A DNA stretch of 64,000 bases from Fluviicola sp. GTDB taxonomy: Bacteria > Bacteroidota > Bacteroidia > Flavobacteriales_D > Crocinitomicaceae. The stretch spans positions 4,310 through 68,309 of the forward strand of contig NVXP01000013.1 of NCBI GenBank assembly GCA_002733985.1. Direction: 5' to 3'. The position numbers were made by a program, and so were the translations under genes. This document shows positions 46,919 through 55,738 of the stretch, in pieces. Positions within the stretch are counted from its first letter, which is position 1; each line of letters starts with the position of its first letter. The notes beneath the pieces are model-generated. The model was given only the letters and a program-made list of their open reading frames with translations. It searched no databases and was not told the DNA's origin.

Positions 46919-47070
46919 GAACTTCCCGTTCAGCATTCAGTCTTCAAAAATCTATGATTTCCTTCATGCTTCTGAACTTCCCGTTCAGCATTCAGTCTTC
47001 AAAAATCTATGATTTCCTTCATGCTTCTGAACTTCCCGTTCAGCATTCAGTCTTCAAAAATCTATGATTT
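46919..47070 (+). repeat. 55-bp head-to-tail tandem repeat, about 2.8 copies
   Basis: The unit gaacttcccgttcagcattcagtcttcaaaaatctatgatttccttcatgcttct is identical at 46919-46973 and 46974-47028. A third, partial copy at 47029-47070 runs into the stop codon of the 47062 gene. Confidence 0.95.
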
Positions 47071-47613
47071 TTTCTTCTTTCGTTTTTTGCGCTTTCGCCA
47101 ATCGAAATCAATATCACGTTCGTTGATTATCCCAATTCTGAGGGAAACAAAAAAGCGATTCGTTTCGAAGTTCTCTGCTGGCAAGCGAGGCATGAAGTGA
47201 TATCCCGTTTGAAAGTGTACAAGCCAAATTTTATACCCGATCACTGGCGCAATTCCAAGGCGCGTATCATCGAAATTTGTTCGCATGAAAATGTTAGCTC
47301 CATAGGTTAAGCCGAGGCGTTGCGTTTTAAACCAATACCCCATGTCGTAGCCGAGCATGTTGTATTTAAAATTGTAGTTAAATCCTAAATGGGCTGCGTG
47401 TGTTTGCGGATTCTTCAATCGAACTTGTTTCCATTGGCGTTCCACCCCAATTTCTGCCACGGTGTATTTACCACGTTGTAGACCAAAATAAGGTCCCGAC
47501 TTTTTTACCGAAATCTCTAACAACGGCTTCTTTTTCCCGAAAAGCCCCCCCTTTTTTTGACTAAAACCAAAAACAGGAAGCAGCAAAATGCACAGTACAA
47601 TTAGTTTATTCAT
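47062..47613 (-). CDS. Hypothetical secreted, beta-rich (outer-membrane-like) protein with a poly-Lys/Arg tail
   Basis: Signal peptide MNKLIVLCILLLPVFGFSQ, alternating aromatic/hydrophobic pattern, C-terminus WRKRKKRKKKKS. Overlaps cvpA by 8 nt. Confidence 0.55.
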   Translation of the reverse strand: MNKLIVLCILLLPVFGFSQKKGGLFGKKKPLLEISVKKSGPYFGLQRGKYTVAEIGVERQWKQVRLKNPQTHAAHLGFNYNFKYNMLGYDMGYWFKTQRLGLTYGANIFMRTNFDDTRLGIAPVIGYKIWLVHFQTGYHFMPRLPAENFETNRFFVSLRIGIINERDIDFDWRKRKKRKKKKS

Positions 47614-48157
47614 CCTCTGGTTTTTTTAGTCGATCCAAAAGTTCTTTATCGTTTAACGCATTTTTTAAGAAAATGGTACTATTCTTCAAAGAAGGCATCA
47701 AGGCTGCTGACACACTTTCAACTGGTAAATACAATAACGAACCTTGTTTGGAATCTTCAGAAATAATATCCGACTTCTCGTCATACGATTCAAGTAAAAT
47801 GATCGCTGTACCTGTAAACAGAAGCATTTTTACGCCACCGAAAAGGGCTCCCAACAAACGATTTGGAAGGCTCAACTGAACAGCCTTTACGACTTTCTCA
47901 ATTGCAATTCCTGCGAAATAAACCATCGCACCAATAAGTAAAAAGGTAATGGTAAACGAAATCGTTGGTAAATATTCAGAGGTCATTGAAAATTTATCTT
48001 GAAGGAAACCGGATACGCCATCTGAAAAGTGAATTCCAGCATAAAGACCAACAAACAGTGCCAAAAACGTAAATAACTCAATGATGAATCCCTTTTTGAA
48101 TCCTCGCCAAATTCCAATGCCAATTGGAATTAATATTAGTATGTCTAGTAAACTCAT
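47606..48157 (-). CDS. cvpA: CvpA-family membrane protein
   Basis: N-terminus MSLLDILILIPIGIGIWRGFKKGFIIELFTFLALFVGLY and about 4 TM helices. Confidence 0.75.
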   Translation of the reverse strand: MSLLDILILIPIGIGIWRGFKKGFIIELFTFLALFVGLYAGIHFSDGVSGFLQDKFSMTSEYLPTISFTITFLLIGAMVYFAGIAIEKVVKAVQLSLPNRLLGALFGGVKMLLFTGTAIILLESYDEKSDIISEDSKQGSLLYLPVESVSAALMPSLKNSTIFLKNALNDKELLDRLKKPEDE

Positions 48158-48192
48158 ATAAGCCGATGCGTCCCGATAATTTCGGGAGCATC
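48158..48192 (+). repeat. Copy of the dispersed palindromic element
   Basis: ATAAGCC-GATGC-gTCCCGAtaatTTCGGGA-GCATC. It begins 1 nt upstream of the cvpA start codon. Confidence 0.7.
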
Positions 48193-48255
48193 ATATAATG
48201 CATCTCTTTCCAGAACGGAATTCAATAGTTAAACAAAAACTCTCTCAATAAGAAA

Positions 48256-48885
48256 TTAATCACAATCTGAGATCAGCTGAGTGCTGAATGATAATGCAAC
48301 TTCTGTCCACAACTTCGAAACTCCGTCGTCTCCTGTATGCAAGTCATAACACTCAGCATTCAAGGTTTTAATTCCAAGAATTGCGTTCCAAATGCTAACA
48401 TCCACTGAAGTATCAAACGTGAATTTACCATCTACTAAAGTATAATCTCCTTCGATATCAGCACTTACGCCATTCATCGATACCTCGATTACGGCTTTGC
48501 CATTGTCTTTCAATTTTTTCACACTTCCATCAATAGATGCTGTGTTCAATGTTCCGAAGAATAAATTTGCGATTTTTCCATTTCGCTCTTCATTATTTGT
48601 TTCTACTGAAGCCGTTTTCATCGAAAATTTCATCGACTCAATAAGCGCTATTGGATTATCTGAAGAACCATCACTTGTAATGTCAATCACGTTGAATGTT
48701 CCACCAACTGGCTTTTTCTCTGTTGTCTTGTATGATGTCCAAGCAAATTCTGTTGCCGTACTATCATAGGTGTAAAAACAAATTTCAAGCGGTGTCTCTT
48801 CAACCACTACTTCTTCACTATCACCACAAGATGCGAAGACCAATGTTCCGGCAATCGCTAAACTCCATATTATTCCTTTTTTCAT
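48256..48885 (-). CDS. Lipoprotein, possibly YceI-like
   Basis: MKKGIIWSLAIAGTLVFASC lipobox (ATG at 48885). The W-x-x-YK...GGTF pattern is reminiscent of YceI. The family call is tentative. Confidence 0.45.
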   Translation of the reverse strand: MKKGIIWSLAIAGTLVFASCGDSEEVVVEETPLEICFYTYDSTATEFAWTSYKTTEKKPVGGTFNVIDITSDGSSDNPIALIESMKFSMKTASVETNNEERNGKIANLFFGTLNTASIDGSVKKLKDNGKAVIEVSMNGVSADIEGDYTLVDGKFTFDTSVDVSIWNAILGIKTLNAECYDLHTGDDGVSKLWTEVALSFSTQLISDCD

Positions 48886-48977
48886 CTGAATCAATTTACA
48901 CGGATAAAAATACACAACCTTTCATAAAGATTGGGGTTCGGGAGCAATAGAATTTAGGATATGTGTAATTTCGCAGA

Positions 48978-49340
48978 ATGGATTATGACATTGAACTAAA
49001 GTTTCAACGCTTGAAAGTTGAATTGGAGAAAATATTTGGCGGCGGCATGGATGTTCAGGCCATCTTATTTTTAATTGGTGTTAACGAATTAGGAATTGGT
49101 CATAAAGATTTCTCAAAGCAAGAAAAAACTGAATTACTCCACGTAGCAATTTGCACGCTCCTAGAGCCTTATGGTTATTATGAGTTTGAAGGTCGTGATT
49201 CTGATAAATGGCCACACTTTAAATTGGTCAAAAATTTGCCAAAATTGGAAGATCGTGATCAGCAACACCTTATTAAGGAAGCAATGATCGCTTATTTCTC
49301 ACAAAATGACTACGTTGATCTCAACTCAACTGTCGCGTAA
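48978..49340 (+). CDS. Hypothetical cytoplasmic protein
   Basis: 120-aa ORF with coding-like composition and no motif recognised. Confidence 0.5.
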   Translation: MDYDIELKFQRLKVELEKIFGGGMDVQAILFLIGVNELGIGHKDFSKQEKTELLHVAICTLLEPYGYYEFEGRDSDKWPHFKLVKNLPKLEDRDQQHLIKEAMIAYFSQNDYVDLNSTVA

Positions 49341-49374
49341 TACGTATATTTAACCTCTTTTTTAAAACACACCT

Positions 49375-50916
49375 ATGGAATTTTGGATCAAAGCATCGCA
49401 GTTAATTCTTTCATTGTCGATCCTCATTTTTTTACATGAACTAGGACATTTTCTTCCAGCACGATTCTTCAAAATCCGTGTAGAGAAATTCTACTTATTC
49501 TTCAACCCTTGGTTCGCGCTTGTGAAGAAAAAAATTGGCGATACAGAATGGGGAATTGGATGGATTCCGCTCGGTGGATACGTGAAGATCTCTGGGATGG
49601 TTGATGAGTCAATGGACAAAGAGCAGTTAGCTGGTCCACCTCAACCTTATGAATTCCGTGCAAAACCAGCATGGCAACGTTTGATTGTGATGATTGGTGG
49701 TGTGACAGTAAATATTATTGTCGGAATTGTCATTTACATCATGGTAATGTTCGGTTGGGGAGAAGATCAACTCCACACGAAAGACCTCGAAAATGGCTTG
49801 GCTATTCATCCTTACATGCAGAAATACGATTTGCGTTCAGGAGACAATATTCTTGCAATAAACGGAATTGATGTTGTCAATCCGGGTGATATCAACCGTG
49901 GGATAATGATTCGCGGTCAATACGACTTGAAGGTTCAACGACCAGACGGAACAATTGAACCGGTTATACTTCCTGAAGGCATCGAATATGAATTATTCGA
50001 AAAAGAAGGAGCAATGCAGCCATTTGGATTGCGTTACACTACCAAAATTGTAGAGTACTTATATATCAACCAAAAATTAGAATTTAACGACCAAACGGTA
50101 CTTCTGAAGAGTACACCTATTCTAACTGTTGATGGGAAAAACCTTCGTGATTTAAAACCAGGAACACGATCAACGGAGTACGCCAAAAAGGAAGAAGTTA
50201 AGATCTCATATATTGACGAGAAAGACACTGTCATTTCAACAATTACGGGTAAACAAGTTCAACTTCTCTTTCAAGCAATGCCCGCATTCGTGGCAAACTT
50301 ACGTCCTGAAGACGAGTTTCTATCAATGAATGACAAGCAGATTAACTTCTTTGATGAAATAACAACTACGACGTATAACAACGTTGGTAAAACAGTTAGT
50401 ACGCTTGTACTTCGTGGTACAGATACTGTTGCTTTAAGTTTAAACGTAAGTAAAAGCGGTTTAATGGGATTCGTTCCAAAAAGCAGCATATCTGAAGATG
50501 CACAATACATCCGTCACATTTCTTATGGTTTCGGAGAAAGTCTTGGTCGTGGTTTCACAATGGGGATGACTACACTCGGCGATTACGTCGGTCAGATGAA
50601 ATTCCTCTTTACGAAAAAAGGAGCAGGATCAGTTGGAGGATTTGGTGCTATCGGGAATCTTTTCAGTCCGACTTGGGATTGGCATAGCTTCTGGATGAAC
50701 ACTGCATTGATTTCAATCATTCTTGCCTTCATGAACATTCTTCCGATCCCAGCATTGGATGGTGGGCATGTTGTCTTCTTATTGTATGAAATAATTACAG
50801 GAAAAGAAGCGCCGCAAAAAGTATTGGAATATGCTCAAACAGTTGGATTCTTCATTTTAATCGCTCTTTTACTATATGCGAATGGAAATGATATTTATAG
50901 TGCGTTTGTCAAATAA
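49375..50916 (+). CDS. rseP: RIP metalloprotease RseP (site-2 protease, M50)
   Basis: HELGHF zinc motif in the first TM helix, a central PDZ-like region, and C-terminal NILPIPALDGGH. Confidence 0.9.
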   Translation: MEFWIKASQLILSLSILIFLHELGHFLPARFFKIRVEKFYLFFNPWFALVKKKIGDTEWGIGWIPLGGYVKISGMVDESMDKEQLAGPPQPYEFRAKPAWQRLIVMIGGVTVNIIVGIVIYIMVMFGWGEDQLHTKDLENGLAIHPYMQKYDLRSGDNILAINGIDVVNPGDINRGIMIRGQYDLKVQRPDGTIEPVILPEGIEYELFEKEGAMQPFGLRYTTKIVEYLYINQKLEFNDQTVLLKSTPILTVDGKNLRDLKPGTRSTEYAKKEEVKISYIDEKDTVISTITGKQVQLLFQAMPAFVANLRPEDEFLSMNDKQINFFDEITTTTYNNVGKTVSTLVLRGTDTVALSLNVSKSGLMGFVPKSSISEDAQYIRHISYGFGESLGRGFTMGMTTLGDYVGQMKFLFTKKGAGSVGGFGAIGNLFSPTWDWHSFWMNTALISIILAFMNILPIPALDGGHVVFLLYEIITGKEAPQKVLEYAQTVGFFILIALLLYANGNDIYSAFVK

Positions 50917-51026
50917 ATGAGATTGAAACTCATCTCAAACCGCTTATGTTTGAATACGAACCAATAAGAATTGAGCTCAAATAGTTTGGTTCGAAATTTG
51001 TAAATTGCTTTAATAAATCAAAAACG

Positions 51027-51698
51027 ATGAAAAAAATATTTTTATTCTTTGCAATGACGATTGTTTCCGTGACAATGTCATTTGCTCAATTAGAGGAAGG
51101 ACATATCGCTTATGACATTGAAATGTCAAGTGATGATCCGGATATTGCCGCAATGACTTCCATGTTTAGCGGAAGTACAATGAACCTTTACTTCACAAAA
51201 AATCTAGCACGTACAGAACTCGATTTTGGTTCAATGATGTCGATTTCAACAATTGTTAACTCTGAAACGGATGAAGTTCTTCTTCTAATGGGAGGAATGA
51301 TGGGTGAAAAAGCAATCCTAACAACTTCAGATGAAATGGGAGCTGATGACGAGGAGGAGGAAGTCAACATCACATGGTCTTTCACAAAAGAGACAAAGAT
51401 GATTCTTGATTACACGTGCAAAAAAGCAATTGGGACAGACGATGATGGAGAAGAGATCATCTATTGGTATACAGAAAAAATCAAGTCTGTTAATCCGGAT
51501 CGAAAGAGTGCTGTGGCTCAATTACCAGGAATGGCATTGCAATATGAAATAGACCGTGAAGGGATGATCATGACATTTACTGCTAGCAAAGTAAAAACTT
51601 CGTTAGACGAAGAAACAAAAGCAACTAAGTTTACATTTGACATTCCAGAAGGATATACTGAAATGTCTTACGATGAATTTTCCGAAATGGGAATGTAG
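51027..51698 (+). CDS. Hypothetical secreted protein
   Basis: Signal peptide MKKIFLFFAMTIVSVTMSFAQ and an acidic central stretch. No confident family. Confidence 0.5.
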   Translation: MKKIFLFFAMTIVSVTMSFAQLEEGHIAYDIEMSSDDPDIAAMTSMFSGSTMNLYFTKNLARTELDFGSMMSISTIVNSETDEVLLLMGGMMGEKAILTTSDEMGADDEEEEVNITWSFTKETKMILDYTCKKAIGTDDDGEEIIYWYTEKIKSVNPDRKSAVAQLPGMALQYEIDREGMIMTFTASKVKTSLDEETKATKFTFDIPEGYTEMSYDEFSEMGM

Positions 51699-51810
51699 TC
51701 CACATTAATCATTGAAAAGGCGGGTCGTTATGATTCGCCTTTTTTTGTATACAAGGTTTTGGGTTGGATCGATTGTTTATCTTTATGTAAGAAAATAAAA
51801 TCTCATCAAA

Positions 51811-52434
51811 TTGTCAGATTACTTACTAAATAACTGGAATGATTTAACTCATAGTTTACCAATAATTAAAACTGAGTTGTATCAAAATCTAACCGATCTC
51901 TACAATTCTGAAGATCGATTCTACCATAACTTAAGCCATATTGAAGCACTTCTGAAACTATCTGAAGAACACCAACATTTGCTAGAATCGCAAGAAAGCA
52001 TTGATTTCGTTATTTGGTATCACGACGCAATTTACGATGCTTCGAAAAGTAATAATGAAGAAGAAAGTGCACAATTAGCCAAAAAAGATCTAGCAAAACT
52101 TGGTTTAGACACGAACATAATTGAAAACTGCTACGACTTAATAATCGCTACTAAAACACATCAACTCTCTAAAGATTTAGACTCTTTCGACTCTCAATTT
52201 TTACTTGACATTGATCTTTCAATTCTTGCTTCTGAACGTGATCAATACATTGAGTACACTCAGCACATTAGAAAAGAGTACACAATTTACCCCGACTCTA
52301 TTTACAAAGAAGGACGTAAAAAAGTATTGAGACATTTTCTTGAAATGGAGCACATCTACAAAACTGAACTTTTTCAAAACTTGTGGGAATTTAGAGCTAA
52401 GGAAAATCTCAGCTATGAAATTTCTTTACTTTAA
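51811..52434 (+). CDS. HD-superfamily metal-dependent phosphohydrolase-like protein (COG4339-like)
   Basis: YHNLSHIEALL and IWYHDAIYD motifs. Apparent TTG start; no in-frame ATG near the N-terminus. Confidence 0.6.
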   Translation: MSDYLLNNWNDLTHSLPIIKTELYQNLTDLYNSEDRFYHNLSHIEALLKLSEEHQHLLESQESIDFVIWYHDAIYDASKSNNEEESAQLAKKDLAKLGLDTNIIENCYDLIIATKTHQLSKDLDSFDSQFLLDIDLSILASERDQYIEYTQHIRKEYTIYPDSIYKEGRKKVLRHFLEMEHIYKTELFQNLWEFRAKENLSYEISLL

Positions 52435-52465
52435 GAGGGAATCAACCTTGGCCTATACCACTGCC

Positions 52466-55400
52466 TTATCTAATTATAGAAACATGACCATTGTATTCGA
52501 CTGTTTGGGTTTTAGCACTGCTGTTATTGTTGAATGTTAAGGTCCAAATATATACTCCGTCTTGACATAAACTACCATTAGACGTGCCATCCCAGGCTGC
52601 ATTTAAGGTCTTGGAATTGAAAACTGACTCACCCCATCGATTGTAAATTCTAAGCTCATAATCTGAAAGAAATTCCCCCGTGATTACTGGTTGGAAATAT
52701 TGATTGTGGTTATTTCCGTCAGGAGTGAAACTATTGGGAATGTAGACATACACATCACAATCCAAAAGTTCTATAAAAATGTCATCCGAACTCGTGCCAC
52801 ATGCATTGCTGACATCAACACTCACAACAACTGTTTCGCCTGGAGAAAAACTCCCGAAATCTACCAAAACCTCATCAGAAATAGATCCATTTGACCATAA
52901 CACTTCGTCATTTGGCGAACTTTCAATGCTCAGAATAAGTGGCTCGCTTAAGCAATTTGCTAGGTCATTACCCAAATCAACAAAAGGAACATCGTCAACA
53001 ATAACATCCAAGGTTGTCGTGGCATTACAATTGGCAATACTTACAGTATACGTTATCGTATGATTTCCAGATCCAGAAGTCGTTGGGTTAAAGGTTCCGA
53101 GTATGTCATCTGTAATTCCATTTCCACTCCAAACACCGTTCGCAATATTAGCACTTAGGTTTATATCTGGAGTTGACATGCATAAACTTCCAACAGGTAA
53201 AATTTCCACATCAAATACATAGGTTATTGTAACCGTCGCCTTGGAAGAATCGGATCCACAAAACGTCTGCGGAACAGTATATGTATATATTCCATCCAAA
53301 TCTATCGACGGGTCGAGAAACGAAGTACCTGTAGAAAGTGCCGGTGACCAGGTTCCATTCAAATCAGGACTGCCTTGTAAAATGGTCATTAAATCTATGT
53401 TATTATCGTAATCACATAGGGTTACTGCACCGTCAATACCAGCATTCGGAGGTCCATTGATTTCAATGGTAAACTCAGTAGTGTCAGTACAGAAGAAGTT
53501 TTCCAAAACATATTGAATACTATATGTTCCTGGGGGAGCTGACGAAGGAGAAAATGTTGTCCCACTAAAAGCTGGAGTATTCTGAACATTTATCCACGTT
53601 CCTGACAATGGAACTCCAAGATCTAACAAGGCTTCCAAATTGACATCGGCTTCCGTTTGACACCATGATACTCCGACATCACTTCCCGCATTTGGAACAG
53701 AAAGAACGACTATATCCTTACTGAAGTTATCAGAACCGAAGGCATTATCTACAGTGAGTTCTATTGAATAAGTGCCTACATTATTGAAACAAATCGTTTG
53801 AGGATTTTGGGCCGTTGATGTATTTGGTATTCCGCCATTTAAGGTCCAATTCCATTGAGTAGGACTATTCGTACTTTGATCCAAGAAGTCAATACAACTT
53901 CCAACACAAACAGTATCTGGAGCTGAGAAATCAGCCACAGGTGGAATACATGCATCCACCACAATAAAATTAGTTAAGGTTGAAGTATTTGTACCTAAGT
54001 CATCCGTCACCGTTAGTGTAACATCGTATGATCCGGGTGTTGCGAAACAAATATTTTGTGGATTTTGTAAATTCGATGACGTTGGCAAACCTCCAGAGAA
54101 TGACCATGTCCAAGCATTCACATTCGTCCCTGTTGAAAGGTCCGTAAAATTGATACAATCGGCACTGCAAATTTGATTCTGACTTGCCTGAAAATCTGGA
54201 GTTGGTCCGCTACAGTTGATGACATCAATATTGACTGTTGTGGAAGAAGTTATTCCGGCACAATCTGTCACCTGCAGTGAGGCTGTATAGTTACCAATGG
54301 TATTATAACAAACAACTGGAGGCGTCGAACCTGAGAACGAAGCGGGCATACCTCCTGGAAAAGACCAATCGTATGAAACAATACCGGCTCCCGAACTTGC
54401 GTTTGTAAAGTTGATGCAATCTCCTTCACAAATTGTAGTATTAACCACAGAAAGTTGTGCGTTCAATGGTGCACATGTGTTTATGGTTTGTGTTGGGTAA
54501 TAACATGTAGAAAGACCTAATCCACATTCTCGAGGCGTTGTGTAAGCGTTTAGTTGAAGATTTGCCAAGGCACCGACATTATTTGGTGATTCAATCACAT
54601 GCAAATTACGAGCATAATACATCACTCCTGCTTGGGCATCGTAATAGTCACAACCTCGTGCGATATAGATTTTATCATTTGGACCTCTCATCAGTGTAGC
54701 TCCAATTTCCAATGGTGGAAACGTATACCATGCAGCTGTAACGAAATCGTATTGGTGCAATTGAAACGCAGTCGTATAGAGTTTTGTCCCATCCGATGAA
54801 AATTCAACACCGTAGGAACCTACAAAATCTGGAGTGACTAAATATTGAGGGTTACAAAATGTCCCGTTCAGATTATCAAAGCTGAAAACCTCAACAGATG
54901 GAAAGCCTCCCATTTCTCCAGCAAGCGCAACTTTGCTTCCGTCCTTTGTACATGTCATGTAGCTCATCCCAGAAAACGCATCGGGGTGTGCAGCGCCAAT
55001 CGATGTTGAAATAGTTGGTGCAACTCCAGTCGACGAGACTAAATTGGCATAAAATGTATTTCCAATTACAGAATGTGAAATCAACCAAATATCCTGTCCA
55101 TTGCAATGTGTGATTGCCTTTAATTGTTCTGAACATGGTCCACTACCCAATGCAATGTTTTTGTTTGCAGTAACATCACCCAAACCTCCGTTCAAGCTCA
55201 TGTCTACTTCACTATAAAACAATCCCAAATTTGGGGTTCCTGCGGCAAAATCCATGTGGAAGATATAGTACAGACTTGAACTTCCTGGTTTTGGAACAAT
55301 AATCGTTTGAGCTGATGTTGATGCAGAACCAATGAGTCCTGTTCCATTTGGCATTAAATTATAGTTCTTATCAAAAACATTTTCGCTGTTGTTATAGAAC

Positions 55401-55618
55401 AACAAGTTTCCCACAGCATCACACATAGTAGATGATCCTTCCTGACAATACGTACTTGTTGGAGTGGCTATTTCAGCACCATTCGCACTGAGCACGGGAT
55501 TGGCCATGTTAGCATTAAAGTCCAGAAAATTGCCATCACCGAAATACCAAATATTGTTCGTGTTTTGGCCAAAGCTGAGAAAGCTGAGAAAAGATAAAGT
55601 TAAGAGTAACGTTTTCAT
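52466..55618 (-). CDS. Large PKD-repeat surface protein with a T9SS type B (gliding-motility-associated) C-terminal domain
   Basis: Signal peptide. Repeated PKD-like units (CINFTNASSG...YDWSFPGG, CINFTDLSTG...WTWSFSGG, CIDFLDQSTN...WNWTLNGG). C-terminus YIPNSFTPDGNNHNQYFQPVI...LRIYNRWGESVF...GVYIWTLTF. Confidence 0.85.
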   Translation of the reverse strand: MKTLLLTLSFLSFLSFGQNTNNIWYFGDGNFLDFNANMANPVLSANGAEIATPTSTYCQEGSSTMCDAVGNLLFYNNSENVFDKNYNLMPNGTGLIGSASTSAQTIIVPKPGSSSLYYIFHMDFAAGTPNLGLFYSEVDMSLNGGLGDVTANKNIALGSGPCSEQLKAITHCNGQDIWLISHSVIGNTFYANLVSSTGVAPTISTSIGAAHPDAFSGMSYMTCTKDGSKVALAGEMGGFPSVEVFSFDNLNGTFCNPQYLVTPDFVGSYGVEFSSDGTKLYTTAFQLHQYDFVTAAWYTFPPLEIGATLMRGPNDKIYIARGCDYYDAQAGVMYYARNLHVIESPNNVGALANLQLNAYTTPRECGLGLSTCYYPTQTINTCAPLNAQLSVVNTTICEGDCINFTNASSGAGIVSYDWSFPGGMPASFSGSTPPVVCYNTIGNYTASLQVTDCAGITSSTTVNIDVINCSGPTPDFQASQNQICSADCINFTDLSTGTNVNAWTWSFSGGLPTSSNLQNPQNICFATPGSYDVTLTVTDDLGTNTSTLTNFIVVDACIPPVADFSAPDTVCVGSCIDFLDQSTNSPTQWNWTLNGGIPNTSTAQNPQTICFNNVGTYSIELTVDNAFGSDNFSKDIVVLSVPNAGSDVGVSWCQTEADVNLEALLDLGVPLSGTWINVQNTPAFSGTTFSPSSAPPGTYSIQYVLENFFCTDTTEFTIEINGPPNAGIDGAVTLCDYDNNIDLMTILQGSPDLNGTWSPALSTGTSFLDPSIDLDGIYTYTVPQTFCGSDSSKATVTITYVFDVEILPVGSLCMSTPDINLSANIANGVWSGNGITDDILGTFNPTTSGSGNHTITYTVSIANCNATTTLDVIVDDVPFVDLGNDLANCLSEPLILSIESSPNDEVLWSNGSISDEVLVDFGSFSPGETVVVSVDVSNACGTSSDDIFIELLDCDVYVYIPNSFTPDGNNHNQYFQPVITGEFLSDYELRIYNRWGESVFNSKTLNAAWDGTSNGSLCQDGVYIWTLTFNNNSSAKTQTVEYNGHVSIIR

Positions 55619-55738
55619 AGGTCCGAAATATGGAGAGACATTGTATCGTACCTTAAGAGATACGCCCTTCCCATAAAACGCTGCTTGGAGCTAAAAATAA
55701 ATTAGAATAACTTCACTTCTCGAATTTAGATCTAATTG

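Noticed and set aside
46919-47070. Possible CRISPR array (regular 55-bp periodicity)
   Set aside because: The units are directly abutting identical repeats with no unique spacers. There are only about 2.8 copies and no cas genes in the window. It is a plain tandem repeat.
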